Source: Octopus vulgaris | Taxonomy: Eukaryota | Assembly (NCBI GenBank): GCA_951406725.2 | Contig: OX597818.1 | Location: 61,008,001 to 61,072,000 of the forward strand | Reading direction: 5' to 3' | Length of the DNA stretch: 64,000 bases | In this document: positions 27,892 through 40,655 of the stretch, piece after piece | Layout of the letters: every line of letters starts with the position of its first letter | How positions within the stretch are numbered: the first letter of the stretch is position 1 | The notes under the pieces: generated by a model | Told to the model about the DNA's origin: nothing | What the model saw: the letters and a program-made list of their open reading frames with translations, nothing else | Database searches by the model: none | Translations under genes and position numbers: made by a program

Positions 27892-27925
<34 letters not shown>

Positions 27926-28145
27926 GATTAAGTTTATTGTCATATTTAGGAAACTTACCGTTTTCAGGTTAATGTTTGCTGTAACTTTTTGACCAAACTG
28001 TCAGAATGTAATGTTTTTCCGAAATTTATTTCCATCACGTCCATTTATGGCAAGTTTGCTGTCACATTCAAACCCTATTTTTTATGTCTTTTACTCTTTT
28101 TAATGTAAGTCAACATTTTTCGAACCATCACTGCTTCCCATAAAT

Positions 28146-28348
28146 CAGTGGTTTTCAACCAGGGTTCCGCCAGTACAGTCCAGTGGTTCCCGCAAGAAGT
28201 TACAAAACTGCTAAAATCGGCAGTAATTTTTAATTCTCCTATGCAGATTATGTGTGCATAAGACTATTAAATTATTGCACAGGGGTTCCTCGAGCCAGTG
28301 GAATGTTTCTTTGGGGTTCCGCTCCAGCAAAAAGTTTGAAAAGCACTG
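28146..28348. mobile_element. hAT-type MITE
   Basis: TIRs CAGTGGTTTTCAA / TTGAAAAGCACTG and an 8-bp TSD CCATAAAT (28138-28145, 28349-28356). Confidence 0.85.
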
Positions 28349-28892
28349 CCATAAATACTTTGAAAAAAATTGATTCCATGTGGGTTCTTTTTTTTTAACC
28401 TAGATGGAATTATTGTAACATAGCATTTTCCTGGTGTTCATTATGGTATTAATGTAAGTACTAGTGGTGCACATTTTACCAAAATCTAGCACTTGCAGAA
28501 GAATACTTCTAGAATTCTACAATATTGAACTGAGTGAATTTCCAGTTGATTTTTGTCTTTAAAACTACTTGGTAAGTGCCACAACTGGAATCTCATCATT
28601 TTAAGATTGTAAAGCAGCATAATTATTATACTTTTGTTTTTTGCAAACCCTACCCAGTTTACTTTTCATTTGGAGTTTCTTATGAAGCCATTTTCATGAT
28701 CCTTAAGGGTTAAATATGGCTTGGGTGATTGAGGCATTCAAATCAATTCTCCAGCTTTAAATGTATGAATTTGGGTAAGTTTTTTTTTATATGTATTTGT
28801 TACACAGTCTGTACTTGGCAATGTTGACTTGGAATACACTGTGTTATCCAACAACCTCCCACTTCATTTTAATTTGTTGTTATTTCATATAC

Positions 28893-29227
28893 TCTTTACT
28901 CTTTTACTCGTTTCAGACATTTGACTGTGGCCATGTTGGAGCAGTGCCTTTAGTCGAGCAAATCAATCCCAGGACTTATTCTTTGTAAGTCTAGTACTTA
29001 TTCTATCGGTCTCTTTTGCTCTTTTGCCGAACCTCTAATTTACGGAGACATAAACACAACAGCATCGGTTGTCAAGCAATGTTAGGGAGCACAAACACAT
29101 ACAGATATACATTCCCTTCTTTCCTGAGCGTCAATAATACTTTAATTGTTCCACGTCCTGCGTTGCTGTGTTTTTTCTTTTTTTTTTTTCCCTTTTTTTC
29201 TGTGTTTTCTTGTTTGGATTAACTTTA

Positions 29228-29261
<34 letters not shown>

Positions 29262-29286
29262 CATATATATACATATATATATACAC

Positions 29287-29323
<37 letters not shown>

Positions 29324-29487
29324 CACAATGGGCTTCCTTCAGTTTCTTTCTACAAAATCCACTCACAAGGCTTTGGTCGACCCGATGCTATAGTAGAAGA
29401 CACTCACCCAAGGTGTCACAGAGTGGGACTGAACCCGGAACCATGTGGTTCGTAAGCAAGCTACATACCACACAGCCACTCCTACGC
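28893..29487 (-). mobile_element. SINE family A, with an insertion in its central microsatellite
   Basis: 5' half at 29325-29487 and 3' half at 28893-29105. Confidence 0.75.
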
Positions 29488-31342
29488 TTATTTTTATATT
29501 TATTTTAAAATTATTTTATTGATTACTTTTATTGTAATCTGGAAATTTTTCCTTTGTCATCAGGGTTTTATTTATTTATTTATTTATTTTTGCTGAATGG
29601 CACTGTTTGCTAAGTATTAACAATCTGGGGCCTTGTTCAGCTAATGGGATATATATGTAGTTTTTGTTATCATGCTTGATTTTTATCTTATATATTGAAT
29701 TTGAATCTAAAGAAGTTGTCACATGCAGAAACGTGAAATGACACATGGCTTCAATGAAAATTACATATATATATATAATGTATTTATAACACATATGTGT
29801 GATTATATGTGTAGGATCATATATTTTTTCCATAGCTTCACTTGTTAATGGAAACTGCCGTAAAAATATATATAGTCACTTTTACCATATGATAATATCT
29901 CTCACTGTCATTAATGAGAAAACAACATAATGAATTGAAGAATAAAGAAGCATAAATGTACATGTAAATTAATTGTGATCAGCTGACAAGAATTTGTTAA
30001 CAAGGGAACAATGGGAAAGCTGGAAGCAAGCTAATATAAACAATAGTTTGGCATTATTTAAAGTGAAAGAGAGAGAGAGAGAGAGAGAATTAAAGAAAAC
30101 AATTATTTAACAACAGTTTAAGAACATAAAGTGACGGGGGTAGGGGTATGGGAAGTTGGGATTAAACAAAAAAAAAAAAAATGACAACAGATTACAGAAT
30201 CACAAATCTGCAAAGATGAGAGAATTACTAAAAGGTAAGCAGAGACAATAAGAACAAACAAAGAAAACCATATTAAATAAAATGGTGGGGAACAAAAAGA
30301 AAAAAAAAAGCTACTTCCAATAGCAAATTAAATTAAAAACAAACAACAGCACCCAAGTATTAATTAAGCAAAACAATAATAAGAGGAGAATGAACCTAAC
30401 CATTTATAGTTTATACAACTGGCTGCAGATAGGAAGAGCTTTAAAATGGCTCATATCAAATTTTAATTGAATTTTTAAAAAAAGCAAAACAATTTTAAAT
30501 CTACATTAAGTAACAACTGAAATATCTTAATTGCAGCCAGAATGTAATAAATAGGATGGGTAAAAAAAAAAAAAAGGTTGGAGAAACACGTATTTACACA
30601 CAGATACAGGTAGACACAAAATAAGCATCGGGGAATCTTAGGAGAACTGATTGTCATTGCTGCAGCTAAATAAGAGTGATTTCTTCATGAATTCTGACCC
30701 TTTTTTTTTTTATGAGGTGTGGGGAACCACTGAAGCAATCATTTCATTAAACCAACTTGTGATAGGTGTCACTTAAAAAATATAACTTAATCAAAAATAT
30801 TTTTGGACATCAATCCAGTTACTAGTAAGTACTAGAATAAATAATAGGTTAAGCTCTTAAGATTAAGAAGATATAGATTAGCCATCCAAACAGGCAAAAA
30901 CTGTTAATTGCACTTAATCGTTCATTATATGGTGTCAAAATTTTTGTTGCATAATCTGCAGCATGGTCAGATGCAGTCCCACTGCAACAGTTTTCAAAAA
31001 CTCTGACACAAAAATATAAATGACTCAAACATCTTCTTCACTGGAATTGTTTTAGTTTCGGTCAAACCACCACCTGCCAGACACACACATTTCTGAACTA
31101 AGAGGTAAAACATTGGCAGAAATCTAGGGTCGACCTCAATAAATACAATGTCTTAATGTTTCAGCCATCAATAATAACAACAACAGGGGGTTCAAACATT
31201 TTTGGAGCAGCTTTTCTCTTTCCTTTTTTTTCTTTCAAATGAGAAAATGGGGGGGAAAATCCAGATTAAACTCTGTAGCTGCAGCAACAACAACAAAAAC
31301 AAGAACCACCACAACAAAAACAGAAGCATAGCAAGGGCTTAC

Positions 31343-31360
31343 TTGACTCCTGGACTGCCG
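31343..31360 (-). CDS. Candidate 18-nt microexon (phase 1 to 1), adding 6 aa: ...PSP-AAVQES-SPSV...
   Basis: ctttcacattccctgcccccag/CGGCAGTCCAGGAGTCAA/gtaagc. Strong polypyrimidine tract, consensus donor, length a multiple of 3, no stop in the host frame. Confidence 0.65.
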
Positions 31361-31563
31361 CTGGGGGCAGGGAATGTGAAAGCTAACTCACTAAATACTT
31401 CAAGAGAAAATTACTTTAGAAATAAATATCCTTGTATATATAATAGCAATAAAATTCTCTGAATATATATATATGTATATAGTCAGTAAAAAAGGGTAGA
31501 ATTAATTAATTATTAATTAATTCGACCGAGCAGTGTTCGGTATGTAAAATGACCATTTACGGT

Positions 31564-31670
31564 ATATTTGAAATATTACTTTATAAAAATAGGGTAAAGT
31601 AAAGCTCGGTGTGTGGTAAAGTAAATTATTTTACTTTACCCTATTTTTATAAAGTAATATTTTAAATATG
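31564..31670. repeat. Inverted repeat with ~40-bp arms
   Basis: atatttgaaatattactttataaaaatagggtaaagtaaa ... tttactttaccctatttttataaagtaatattttaaatat. Confidence 0.8.
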
Positions 31671-32064
31671 TATATATATATAATTCATTATTTTATTTAT
31701 ATACTATCAAAGAATAATACTATATATCTTAAACTAGAAGGGGAATAATTCAATTCACTAAAGGTTTAGCTCTCTGGTGATTAGGTTATAACTGTTCATC
31801 ATATATAACCCCCCCAAAGCACAATTATTCTAGTCTAGGTAGAACAAAAAAAACTACAAAAATACACAGCATTCAGCTTATTAAAAAAAGCCAAATCAGG
31901 TAATAAGTAAACTGACACAACTGTGAAGATTTTCCGAGTTTCTGTTGCAAATCATGGATTAACTTATCAATAACAATGTATTAGAATAACCTGTCACATC
32001 TGAATGCAAATAACGATGGAACGATAAGACACAAAGTTAAATCACAAAATCATGAAATGGATTA

Positions 32065-32603
32065 ACATGGTAGAGCCAGGAAGAGATGCGATGAGGTGGT
32101 GAAGCATGACCTTTGAATGTTGGGCCTCATAGAGGCAATGATGAAAGACCAAAACCTCTGGAGATGTGCTGTGACCACGAAGACCCGGCAAATAAAGTGA
32201 GTATATGGTGTGTATCCTACACCAGTTTTGCATTACCAGCCCCAGCCCATTCAAAAGTACCTTGGATCGTCGGGCAACGTGAGGAGACCTATTGAGTCAA
32301 GTACATCAACATCAAAATGAAAATCAAATGGAAATTGTTGTTGCAATCCTCATGCTGGTGGCATGTAAAAAGCACCATCTGAATGTGGCCAATGCCAGTG
32401 CCGCCTTGACTGGCTTCCGTGCTGGTGGCATGTAAAATGCACCCACTACACTCATGGAGTGGTTGGCATTAGGAAGGGTATCCAGCTGTAGAAATGCTGC
32501 CAGATCAGACTGGAGCCTGGTGCAGCCTTCCTGGCTTCCCAGACCCCATTTGAACCATCCAACACATGCTAGTATGGAAAACGGACGTTAAACCATGATG
32601 ATG
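32065..32603 (+). mobile_element. RTE LINE 3' end: ORF tail, 3'UTR and (GAT)n tail
   Basis: GRARKRCDEVVKHDL*MLGLIEAMMKDQNLWRCAV, followed by the abundant ...catgctagtatggaaaacggacgttaaaccatgatgatg repeat. Confidence 0.75.
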
Positions 32604-33631
32604 GTTCATCAAACAATATCCATTACAAATTAGAAGAGACATACTAATTTGTACAGAAATTTCTAACAGAAATTGCATATCTCTTAAGCTGGCAGTCTGA
32701 GTAAGAAGTAAAAATTCCCTTTTTTTTTTCGCCCCCCCATCCTTTTAGTTGAAAATTTGAGCTTAAATTTTAGACTATAGAGTGGATGTGAAAATGAGTT
32801 TAAGAAAAAAGAATTTTCTATAAAGCTTTGCTTTCTTTTATTACTGCTAAGTCCACTTGGCTGTAAATGGATAACCTTGCAGCAGCCTGGCATCCTGATC
32901 AAAGGGAATGACGGCCTGCTCGCCAATGAAGTGGCCTCATCACTAGTGTTGTACAGTCTGGTTGATACAGTGAAATATATAAGTAGGTTAGACATGATAC
33001 ATAATTCAAATATTAAAAAACTGCAATTAGTCAAGTATTGTGGAATTAATTGAAGATGACCAAACAATAACAACATTAAATTCAAAGTTAATATCCATCA
33101 CAGTCTACCTCCGGCCATCATGAATAACTTTACACAATTTGAGAAGATTGTTCAGAGAAATTGTTGCATTACTTATATTTATTTAACATAATCCCTATTG
33201 ACTATCCCCTTCTATATCTATGAATGAGTAAAATAATTTTAAGGGCACAGTATATTCAAAACCTGTCTTTGCATCTTTTTAGAAAGAAAAATCATCAGAA
33301 AATTACTAAGACTAGAAAACTTTGAGTTTTAAATCGACTGTTATAAGCAGCAAAGGAAAATACTTTTCAAACTTGATGTAAAAAAAAATATTACACAAAT
33401 AACATTGAAACCGGTCGGTTTGCAAAATAGAGGGTCATTTCCTTCCCTCATCTTCATTGTATTTATGTACAAGTTCATAGAAACCGAGGAAGGAAATGCT
33501 ATGTTCCTGCCATTCATATGGACTTTAGCAACCTAAAAGAGGTAATTCATACTGGGAATGAAAGCTGAATCACACAACACTCACACGGTATTCTGGAAGC
33601 TTCATTTGTACTTTACTTTACATGAGATGTA

Positions 33632-33798
33632 AAGGAGTGGCTGTGTGGTAAGTAGCTTGCTAACCAACCACATGGTTCCGGGTTCAGTCCCACTGCGTGG
33701 CATCTTGGGCAAGTGTCTTCTGCTATAGCCCTGGGCCGACCAATGCCTTGTGAGTGGATTTGGTAGACGGAAACTGAAAGAAGCCTGTCGTATATATG

Positions 33799-33829
<31 letters not shown>

Positions 33830-34016
33830 CTGTTCCCCTAGCATTGCTTGACAACCGATGCTGGTGTGTTTACGTCCCCGTCACTTAGCAGTTCGGCAAA
33901 AGAGACTGATAGAATAAGAACTGGGCTTGTCGATTTGCTCGACTAAAGGCGGTGCTCCAGCTTGGCCACAGTCAACTGACTGAAACAAGTAAAAGAGTAA
34001 AAGAGAGTAAAGAGTA
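33632..34016 (+). mobile_element. SINE family A
   Basis: Full-length copy. Confidence 0.85.
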
Positions 34017-35214
34017 GACCATCAGTAGCATTTCATGTAAACTGAAAGTCAAGTTTCAGTAAGCTAGGATCAGTGTTGTATTTGTTGTATAGAAACTAAT
34101 TGATCACAGCCAGTTCAGTAAAGTTAAGAGAAATATACTAAGATTAGCAGAAACATTGCTAACACCATTATATATCAGTCATTATGAGAGAAGCTAACTA
34201 TAGAAACACTAAGACACACACACACACACACAGCAGGGTGGAAAAGAAAAACTAGAAAATAGGAAGTAGTTCAAAAGAACTACAAATCAAAAACAGCCAA
34301 ATGATTACAAATTTAAAAGTGAAAGTGAAAGTAGGTATGTAAACTAATTGCATGTCTTTTGCCAGTAATAAAATATGCGGTAATGTGACATGGCAGCTGA
34401 CCAGCAACAAACTTCTGTATGAAATATATAGGAAAGGCAACAACAGACCAATATTAATAAATTGAAAGTGAAGGAACAGGAGATTCAAGAATAGAAACAA
34501 AAGAGAAAGATAGACATATTCGCAGTGGACGAATGGAATAAAATGCAAAAAGTCAAGAGTAAAACTGCAATTAGATAGAATGAAGTCAAAGGCTGAGATG
34601 AAGCGAAATGCATAGGAGACTTATGGCTGGAGAGTTGATGTAGAATGGTATTAGTAAATGGGAGAACAATGAGGTACTATTACAATTAATAACTTGGAAA
34701 TCTATGTGGTAGCCTTCAGATGTGTAGAAAGTTATAAAAAGCTTGATACATATTAGATTTTTGACATGAACAAGAAAAAGAGAGAACATGGTAAATTGCT
34801 AGCCAAAACAATTGATAGGTTTTTGTTAACATATAACATATTTTCCCTAGAGAGACTTTTAGACTCAATCTGATTTCTGACTACACTTCTCTGATATTCT
34901 GATACTACTTGTTAAATGAAACACAGGAAAGTAGAGTAAATAAATTGTAAAAATGTGAGGTATATTATTACACAAGACTTAAGCTGACATTTCATTATGA
35001 AGTTACTGTTAGTAATTAATGTATTAGTACAAAGAAGCATGGGTTTAATAAATAGCCTCAGAAAGAAGAAAAGAGAGAGTTTGTGCTTTGGGGAATGTTT
35101 TTCCCTTCACCAATAATGGTTTTGAAATTATTAATAAAAAAGAGAGTTTCCTAGGATAACCATAGAGTAAATAATATACAAGTGTTTCAGCTGTAACTAC
35201 AGTAAACTACACAC

Positions 35215-35428
35215 CTGGAGAAGGTGTATAATTAGGCAAGTCCTGAGAGCCATAGAGACGTGCAGGCAACGGAGGGGCATGGTTTTCTAATGACAAGGTA
35301 GTAGCGGCGGCAGCAGAGTCGGTGGCCCCCCGGCTGGAGGTACGCACTGGTGGAGGGGGTGGTGTCTTACCGGCTCGGCTGCATGGACGGCTGGGTGCAC
35401 GTTCAAGGTAGTCCCCTACCATTCCATT
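35215..35428 (-). CDS. NPHS1: Nephrin/sns-like proline-rich tail exon (phase 0 to 1): NGMVGDYLERAPSRPCSRAGKTPPPPPVRTSSRGATDSAAAATTLSLENHAPPLPARLYGSQDLPNYTPSP
   Basis: Acceptor ttattttcag, donor CAG/gtgtgt, 214 nt. GC-rich island in an AT-rich intron; lies within ORF 35207..35452. Confidence 0.88.
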
Positions 35429-37659
35429 CTGAAAATAATGGCACAAAGACATACAACATCAGAAAGAAACCTATGCACACTGACATGCGTATAATAAAGA
35501 GCCAGAGTGTCATGCAAAATTTACGGTTTTCTAGTCAAAATAATAATAATAATAATAATAATATTCATAATAATAATAATAGCAAAATACTATTAACATA
35601 TAAATGAAAATAAAAAAGTAAAATTGAAATTTGCTTTCCTCCATGAAATCAAGATAAATGAATAAGAATAAAGCAGGGAAGCAAATTAATGTTAAAATAA
35701 AGGGAAAAGGGGGGAAACACTATCTGTATGGTTAAAAAAATATATTTTTTTTTTTCTCCTGAATAAGTTTTGAACTAAGAAATCTTAATCCAATATGGCA
35801 ATATATATATAACAGAAAGATTTGTGAAACAGAATAATGGTTCTTGCTAACGACTTAATTTTATAATCAACACTATCGTGAGTAGCTATATTGTAGAGAG
35901 AAGAAAGAAAACAAAAACACTAAGGTTCAGGCTCTTTTTGTTTTTGTGTATGGTGTCACTTTAGGGTTTTATGTTTCACCAGTTCGTGTGTGCCTCGTTA
36001 CAATTTCTTGTTAATTGTAGTATTCAGGAAGAAAATTTTATGCATGAAATTAGTATTTAGGATAATAATAATAATAAAGAAAATTATGAGAAATACTAAA
36101 GTAATTTTGTTTGCTATTAACTGTTTCAGAAAGTGATTTTTAAAAATATTTTTATTATTACATTTTTTCTCTCAAAGAGCTAAAAGGAATAAAAAGTGAC
36201 ATAGTTTAAGTGACTTAGAAATTTTCAATGTAATTTTTTAATGTTTTGCAAAAAAGACATTTTAACCATTTTTTTTTTTTTGACATACATCAGTCAACAA
36301 ATTTCTTCCTTTTTCACAGAAAAGGAAAAATGAAAAAAAATTAGGTAATGTTTTTTTTTTCTCAGTTTCAATTTTTTTATGTTAATGAAAATGGGTAAAA
36401 ATTAAACGAATGTCTTATAAACTGAGATACAGAGAAAGGTCAGAAGTTTAAAGAAGATGATTATTTAAAGACTTGGTGGTTGGAGAATAGATTCTATGAA
36501 TCAACTAAGTGAACAATGAAGTAGTCTTGGGAGTTGGTAGTGTGTCACTATATCTCTCTGTTTGTCCTCCCCAAAAGATATAAGTATGAGTTTAATGGGT
36601 TTATTTTTCTAATATAACAAGTGTTGTCATATAACATATAATGCAGGGAATATACTTTTGTCACTGTGGGTGGTAGATTTAATCTGTCACATGATCTCAC
36701 ACCATCATGTGGCAACTTATCAACCTTCACTTTGAAAATATCTCCCCAACACATACATCAGTCATGGAAGCCAAGTAAAGAGTCAGAAGTGCACTGCCTT
36801 CCATCTTAACTAAAAGATGAGAAATAAAATATGTATCAGGTGATATTACTTCTGTAATTAATTGATACTTAAACACTATTGGTAATATATTTATTGCTAA
36901 TATTTAAAAAGGAAATTTAACTTCATTTTAAAAATTTATATTCACTTCATTATTTTGAATATGTACCTTTAAATTTGAATTGTACCAATGTAATATTATC
37001 AGACGAAAATACATTGTCCCACATTATCTCTCATATCACTAAATATAAAACAGATATTGTTTAAGTCCCCTAGGATGTAATGCTTACAATGACTCATAAG
37101 AGTGCCATCATTTTCTTTCACAGATCTCCACAAACCAATGGACAAGCATTTACCCCTGGATTTTATTTTCAGCTCCAAATCAGCCCTGATTGAGCAACTC
37201 TTTGACAAAATTCATTCCATAATTTTTCCGGCAGAGTGCATCTAGGACTTCAATATCGAATATGACTTATTTTCATAGGAGAGAAGAATGTGATATGAGG
37301 ACGATAAGTAATTTGGATAACTATGTAGAAGCACTGTCAGTGTTCCGGTTCCTGTAGCGTCAAGTGGAAGCGGTAAAGACAGACGCCTTCCCACTCTGAC
37401 TAGGATACCAGTTTATCAAAAATAAGTTTGCTAACTTCTGAAAAGTGAGACTGAACTTTGCCCCATGATTTTTTCATTACCCTATCATGTTTAAAAGTGA
37501 GCCAACAGTGCTAAGATGACAGGCCAGAAGGGCATTAAAGATAGGAAAAGGTATTAATAAAATGGTTCTGTAGCTGACTTGTTGAATGCAGATGCCAGAA
37601 CCGGCACCCCTGGGCATGACCCCTTGGTAATCTGCATGACGATTGATGCAGTATGAGTT

Positions 37660-37970
37660 TCTGGAATGTTACATGCAGTGTTCAACATCTCTTGGACGGA
37701 GCACTCAACAAAACTGTTATATGGGAATGTACTGACTCTTTCATCAACCATCCAAAAGCAGAGATTGAGGTCTGCTGACCACTGCTGGGGAAGCAAAGAA
37801 GAAAATGTTGCTGTGGACACCAAATCATGGTACCACAGTGGCTGGAAGACCACAGAAGATGTATATACAACAGCTTGCAGTTGAAAACTTAATAACACTA
37901 ATGGAAGATCAGGAGGAATGGAGAGGGGTAGTCAGACTGGCCTGGGCAATTAGCCTGATTGGATGATGCC
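37660..37970 (+). mobile_element. Degenerate RTE-clade LINE 3' ORF fragment
   Basis: MLHAVFNISWTEH...LYG...TIQKQRLRSADHCWGSKEE...MEDQEEWR resembles the RTE C-terminal motifs (ISW, RRLRFAGHC). Confidence 0.7.
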
Positions 37971-38167
37971 TCATTAAAAAAAAAAACTAATATAAAAGTT
38001 CATCAAACTACAGAGATGACCAAATGCCTCATCGTCTACAACTTGTATCTATTTTATCAAACCACCCAGTAAAAAATGGATAGGGGTGGATTGAATCAAT
38101 AAGTTATGAGAAATGTATAGAAGTTGCTTTCTATTTCTGGATGTAAACATTTAACTAATATTTTCAA

Positions 38168-38468
38168 TATTTCGTTTTTGGATTTGGCTTGCAAGATTCT
38201 TTATATGAGTTCGTGTGTTGAAGCATATTCTGTTGTGTCTGGGGAGAGTCATTTTCTTTTTGTGCCTTTTAATGTAACACACTCACTGGTAAAATTTCCA
38301 CTTTTTCCTTATTTTTATTTTCCTAAAATTTTCATTGCATCTTGCAACCTTTTCAATATTGAAAAGGTTGCAAGATGCAACAAAAAAAAAAAAGTGGAAA
38401 TTTTACCGGTGAGTCTGTTACATTATAAGGCACAAAAAGAAAATGATTCTCCCCAGACACAACAGAAT
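38168..38468. mobile_element. Foldback (head-to-head) repeat, probably Penelope-derived
   Basis: Spacer-less palindrome centred on caatattg (38354-38361). TSD AATATTTTCAA at 38157-38167 and 38466-38476. Same family as 56074-56408. Confidence 0.7.
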
Positions 38469-39944
38469 ATTTTCAAATTTTGCTTGTTTCATTGGAGAAA
38501 ACATTTGCCTTGGTACACAAGGAATTAAAAAGGATTGTTTTAATATATTACAGATCCTGTATGAATAAAAAGGAAACCACATTAATTAGACATAAAAATA
38601 TATGAAACAAATCTGTATAAAATACACAAAAGGAACAGAAAATTATATAAAACAAAACTTTTGTTGAAATAAAGATAGTTATGTTACTAAAAACTTGAAA
38701 ATAAAACAAAGTAAAGAAGCTACCGACATCATCGAAAGTGAAAATTAATTACAACTAAAGCGCTCCACAAACAACTATATCCACTAGTATTAACAATTTT
38801 TCATTCGAACAAGAAAATGAAAATCTCATTCTATTAATTTTATTTTTACCCTTAGAAAAGAGATATTACTTTGGTAACGCTGTGGGGTTTTTTAAAAAAA
38901 AATTCTTGTGTTTTAGTCTTCTGCAGCACCTATGTTCTTAGCACTCTATTATCTATTCTAAAGCTGTTGCTATAATTGATGTTAATTTTCCAGAGAAGAA
39001 AAAAAATAAATGATTAAAATTGGAGTGAAAAAAAAAAGTGAACAAGAAAACATACAAAGAAGAGCAAATTAAAAAAAAAAACTGCTTTAAAAAATGCAAT
39101 GACAAAAAAAAAGATAAAAAAAAAGGAAAAAATTACTGAAATGGATTTGACATGTGGCTGTCAACATTAATGGTGGCCATTGTAATTTCAGGTTAGGTGG
39201 GAAAAAAAATAAATGTAAAGAGGAGAGCAGTAATAATTTAATTAGTGAGAAAAGTCAGCGGATTTGATCAAAAGCAGTACAAGTACTTAAATTTAATACC
39301 AGACTAAACAGAAATGATCAATAGTTAAAGTTTCAAAGAGATTGTATTAGTCTTTAAGGAGTAAATGTTGTGTTAAAAAAACTTAAATAAGAAATATGAT
39401 ATAAATTCAATAACTTCTTTTGCATAGCAACTTTTAATTCCTTTCATCGGCATATTTCTTTTTCTTTTTTTTCTATCCTTTGTTTTTAATGGGGGCATGT
39501 GTGAGAGCAACATCAATAAAGTTCTCCTCCTCAAGAGATTTCTCTTTAATAGGTCTTAATCTGCGACTACAACTACTGCCCTACTTTCACCGTTTCATGT
39601 GTTCTGATCTGCCTACGAGAGAGAGCAAATCCATGATATTAACCTTCAGACCCCAATTAGTATTATCACGTCCTACTTCTACGTTACCAATCAACTACTT
39701 CACCAAACATCTGTTCCAATCAGTCAGAGAACTGCATACATCTGACACCTACAAGAATTAGTTAGAAATAAACTGATCAAACTAGAACTGAAGGCCAGTA
39801 CCTTTACATAAAGTACAGGTAAGAATAAGGTAAGGAATGATAGCATGGAGAGGTAAAAGTTTCAGCAACAGATATTTGTAATAGTGACAGGATAATTAGA
39901 AGAGACACCTGTTCAAAACTCTATTCAGGAGGAAGTCAGACTAA

Positions 39945-40162
39945 CCCTTTACTGTTCAGATTTCCTTTTCAAATATGATTCTTGTTTATTCACGTTGTTT
40001 CGAATTAATCACACATTCTCTTGCAGCTTCAAGGTTTCAATGATATGACTGTTTATTTTGAGGACAACATTGTAGGGCAGGTGTGAAAGGCCTGATCTGG
40101 CTGGTTTGAACACAAACCGTGTTGAATACTAGTCTGATATGGCCGGTTTAAATGCTAAGGGG
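39945..40162. mobile_element. piggyBac-like MITE (second family, degenerate)
   Basis: ctaa/CCCTTT...AAGGGG/TTAA. Confidence 0.55.
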
Positions 40163-40179
40163 TTAAAGGAAGACCAGTG

Positions 40180-40655
40180 CAAACTTATTCAGGTCTCTGC
40201 AGAATAGTCTTAACCCTTTTGATACCAACCCGGCTGAAACCGGCTCTGGCTCTGTAGTACAAATGTTTTGTTTTCATAAGTTTTGAATTAAAATTTTCCA
40301 CCAAACCTTAGTCACAAGTTATGTTCCTAACACTAGCTTAATGATAATGAAGTTAATTTACTAAATTCTTTGTCATATTTAAAATACTTAAAAGAAACTC
40401 AGAGCATCCCAAAATAAATACGGTAACGAAAGGGTTAATGGTAAAAATTTCAATTCCTTGGATGATGTAAAAAGATACCTCAATGAATTCTTTGCCATGA
40501 AACCACCTCAATTCTAGGAAGAGGGTATTTTCAAGTTAAAGGAAAGATGGAGACGCATTGTGCAATGAAATGGTTGATTAAAATGTAATGGCAAGTATTT
40601 ATTGGCCTTTTTCTTTCCTTTAAAAATTGGCACAAACTTTCCGGACAACCCAATA
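40180..40655 (+). mobile_element. Mariner transposase 3' remnant with right TIR
   Basis: Translates LFRSLQNSL / GKNFNSLDDVKRYLNEFFAMKPPQF*EEGIFKLKERWRRIVQ*NG, typical of the mariner C-terminus. Ends actttccggacaacccaaTA. Confidence 0.8.
40214..40434 (+). mobile_element. piggyBac-like MITE nested in a mariner remnant
   Basis: TTAA/CCCTTT...AAAGGG/TTAA. Confidence 0.8.

Noticed and set aside
37330-37410. Minus-strand acceptor-like cgctacag/GAACCGGAACACTGA
   Set aside because: It would encode only EPEH*, with no donor or supporting poly(A) evidence.
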